From NCBI GenBank assembly GCA_016741915.1, contig JACVCS010000005.1, forward strand, positions 1,385-65,384: a stretch of DNA of 64,000 nt. Reading direction: 5' to 3'. This DNA comes from Phycisphaerales bacterium (GTDB lineage: Bacteria > Planctomycetota > Phycisphaerae > Phycisphaerales > UBA1924). Shown piece after piece: positions 63,704-64,000 of the stretch. The notes under the pieces were generated by a model that saw nothing but the letters and a program-made list of their open reading frames with translations, had not been told where the DNA came from and did not search any database. Each line of letters opens with the position of its first letter. Position 1 is the stretch's first letter. The position numbers and the translations under genes are program-made.

Positions 63704-64000
63704 TTACCCGCCGCTCTTCACCGCCCGCACCGCCAGGAACAACGGAATCTCCCGCCGCGCCCGGTTCTCCTCATCCGCCCGCGGCCCGGGCTGACTCACC
63801 CGCATCGCCGGCCATTCCTCCAGCGCATCGATCATCAACCCCGCCGCACTCAACAGCCGCACATACGTCTGCAACGGACGATGGAACGTCCACGTGATGA
63901 CGTCCGGCGCCGAGCCCGGGTGCATCTGCACCGCCTTCTGCCCCAGCGACAGGTACCCATCAATCCGCCGATACTGCTTGTGCTTCTCGCTATCAAAGTG
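63704..64000 (-). CDS. SAM-dependent methyltransferase, C-terminal part (gene continues beyond the right edge)
   Basis: The frame is open to the window edge (HFDSEKHKQYRRIDGYLSLGQKAVQMHPG...TWTFHRPLQTYVRLLSAAGLMIDALEEW). FHRPL..Y...L...G is the usual C-terminal block of class I methyltransferases. Confidence 0.6.
   Translation of the reverse strand, partial: HFDSEKHKQYRRIDGYLSLGQKAVQMHPGSAPDVITWTFHRPLQTYVRLLSAAGLMIDALEEWPAMRVSQPGPRADEENRARREIPLFLAVRAVKSGG

Overview
High-GC bacterial chromosomal segment. Hand-counted 60-nt samples give about 65-70% G+C in housekeeping genes and about 47-55% in several accessory genes. The gene content points to Planctomycetota, possibly Phycisphaerae-like, but this is inference only. 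The clues are a DUF1501/DUF1800 pair, GspG-like 'LP..L..L.P.YI..P.DP' C-terminal motifs, many CxxC...CPECG zinc-ribbon membrane proteins, and scattered atp genes. I call about 50 CDS and one tRNA-Phe. There is no rRNA and no CRISPR. The ORF track uses the longest ATG/GTG/TTG start, so I trimmed many 5' ends by eye. Housekeeping genes: 3-hydroxyacyl-CoA dehydrogenase, RRM RNA-binding protein, FAH-family hydrolase, SDR, smpB, atpC, FecCD/BtuC-type permease, metH, rpmE, ogt, atpD, sucC, LOG-family protein, ribD, MBL hydrolase, TolB-like propeller. Accessory or unusual regions: (1) 1.7-8.0 kb holds three tandem paralogues of a 3-TM protein with a cytoplasmic Zn ribbon and a large periplasmic domain. 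(2) 20.7-31.6 kb is a six-gene co-directional cluster. A polytopic Zn-ribbon membrane protein is followed by five mosaic secreted fibre-like proteins (proprotein-convertase P-domain-like N-termini, peptidase-S74-like autoprocessing C-termini) with recent gene-conversion tracts. (3) 32.2-32.6 kb is a 15-17-unit tandem array of a 21-bp (7-codon) repeat in two subfamilies. (4) 32.7-38.2 kb is a low-GC island with a 4-TM KAP-like P-loop NTPase, an FN3 protein and a PD-(D/E)XK nuclease, which is a candidate defence locus. (5) 42.6-51.8 kb is a 9.2-kb integrative element in tRNA-Phe bounded by 17-bp direct repeats. It carries an integrase, an XRE regulator, a Prim-Pol/DUF3987 replicase with an iteron-like region, two excisionase-like HTH genes and an isolated tail tape-measure module. 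All family assignments come from motif recognition by eye. No searches were run.
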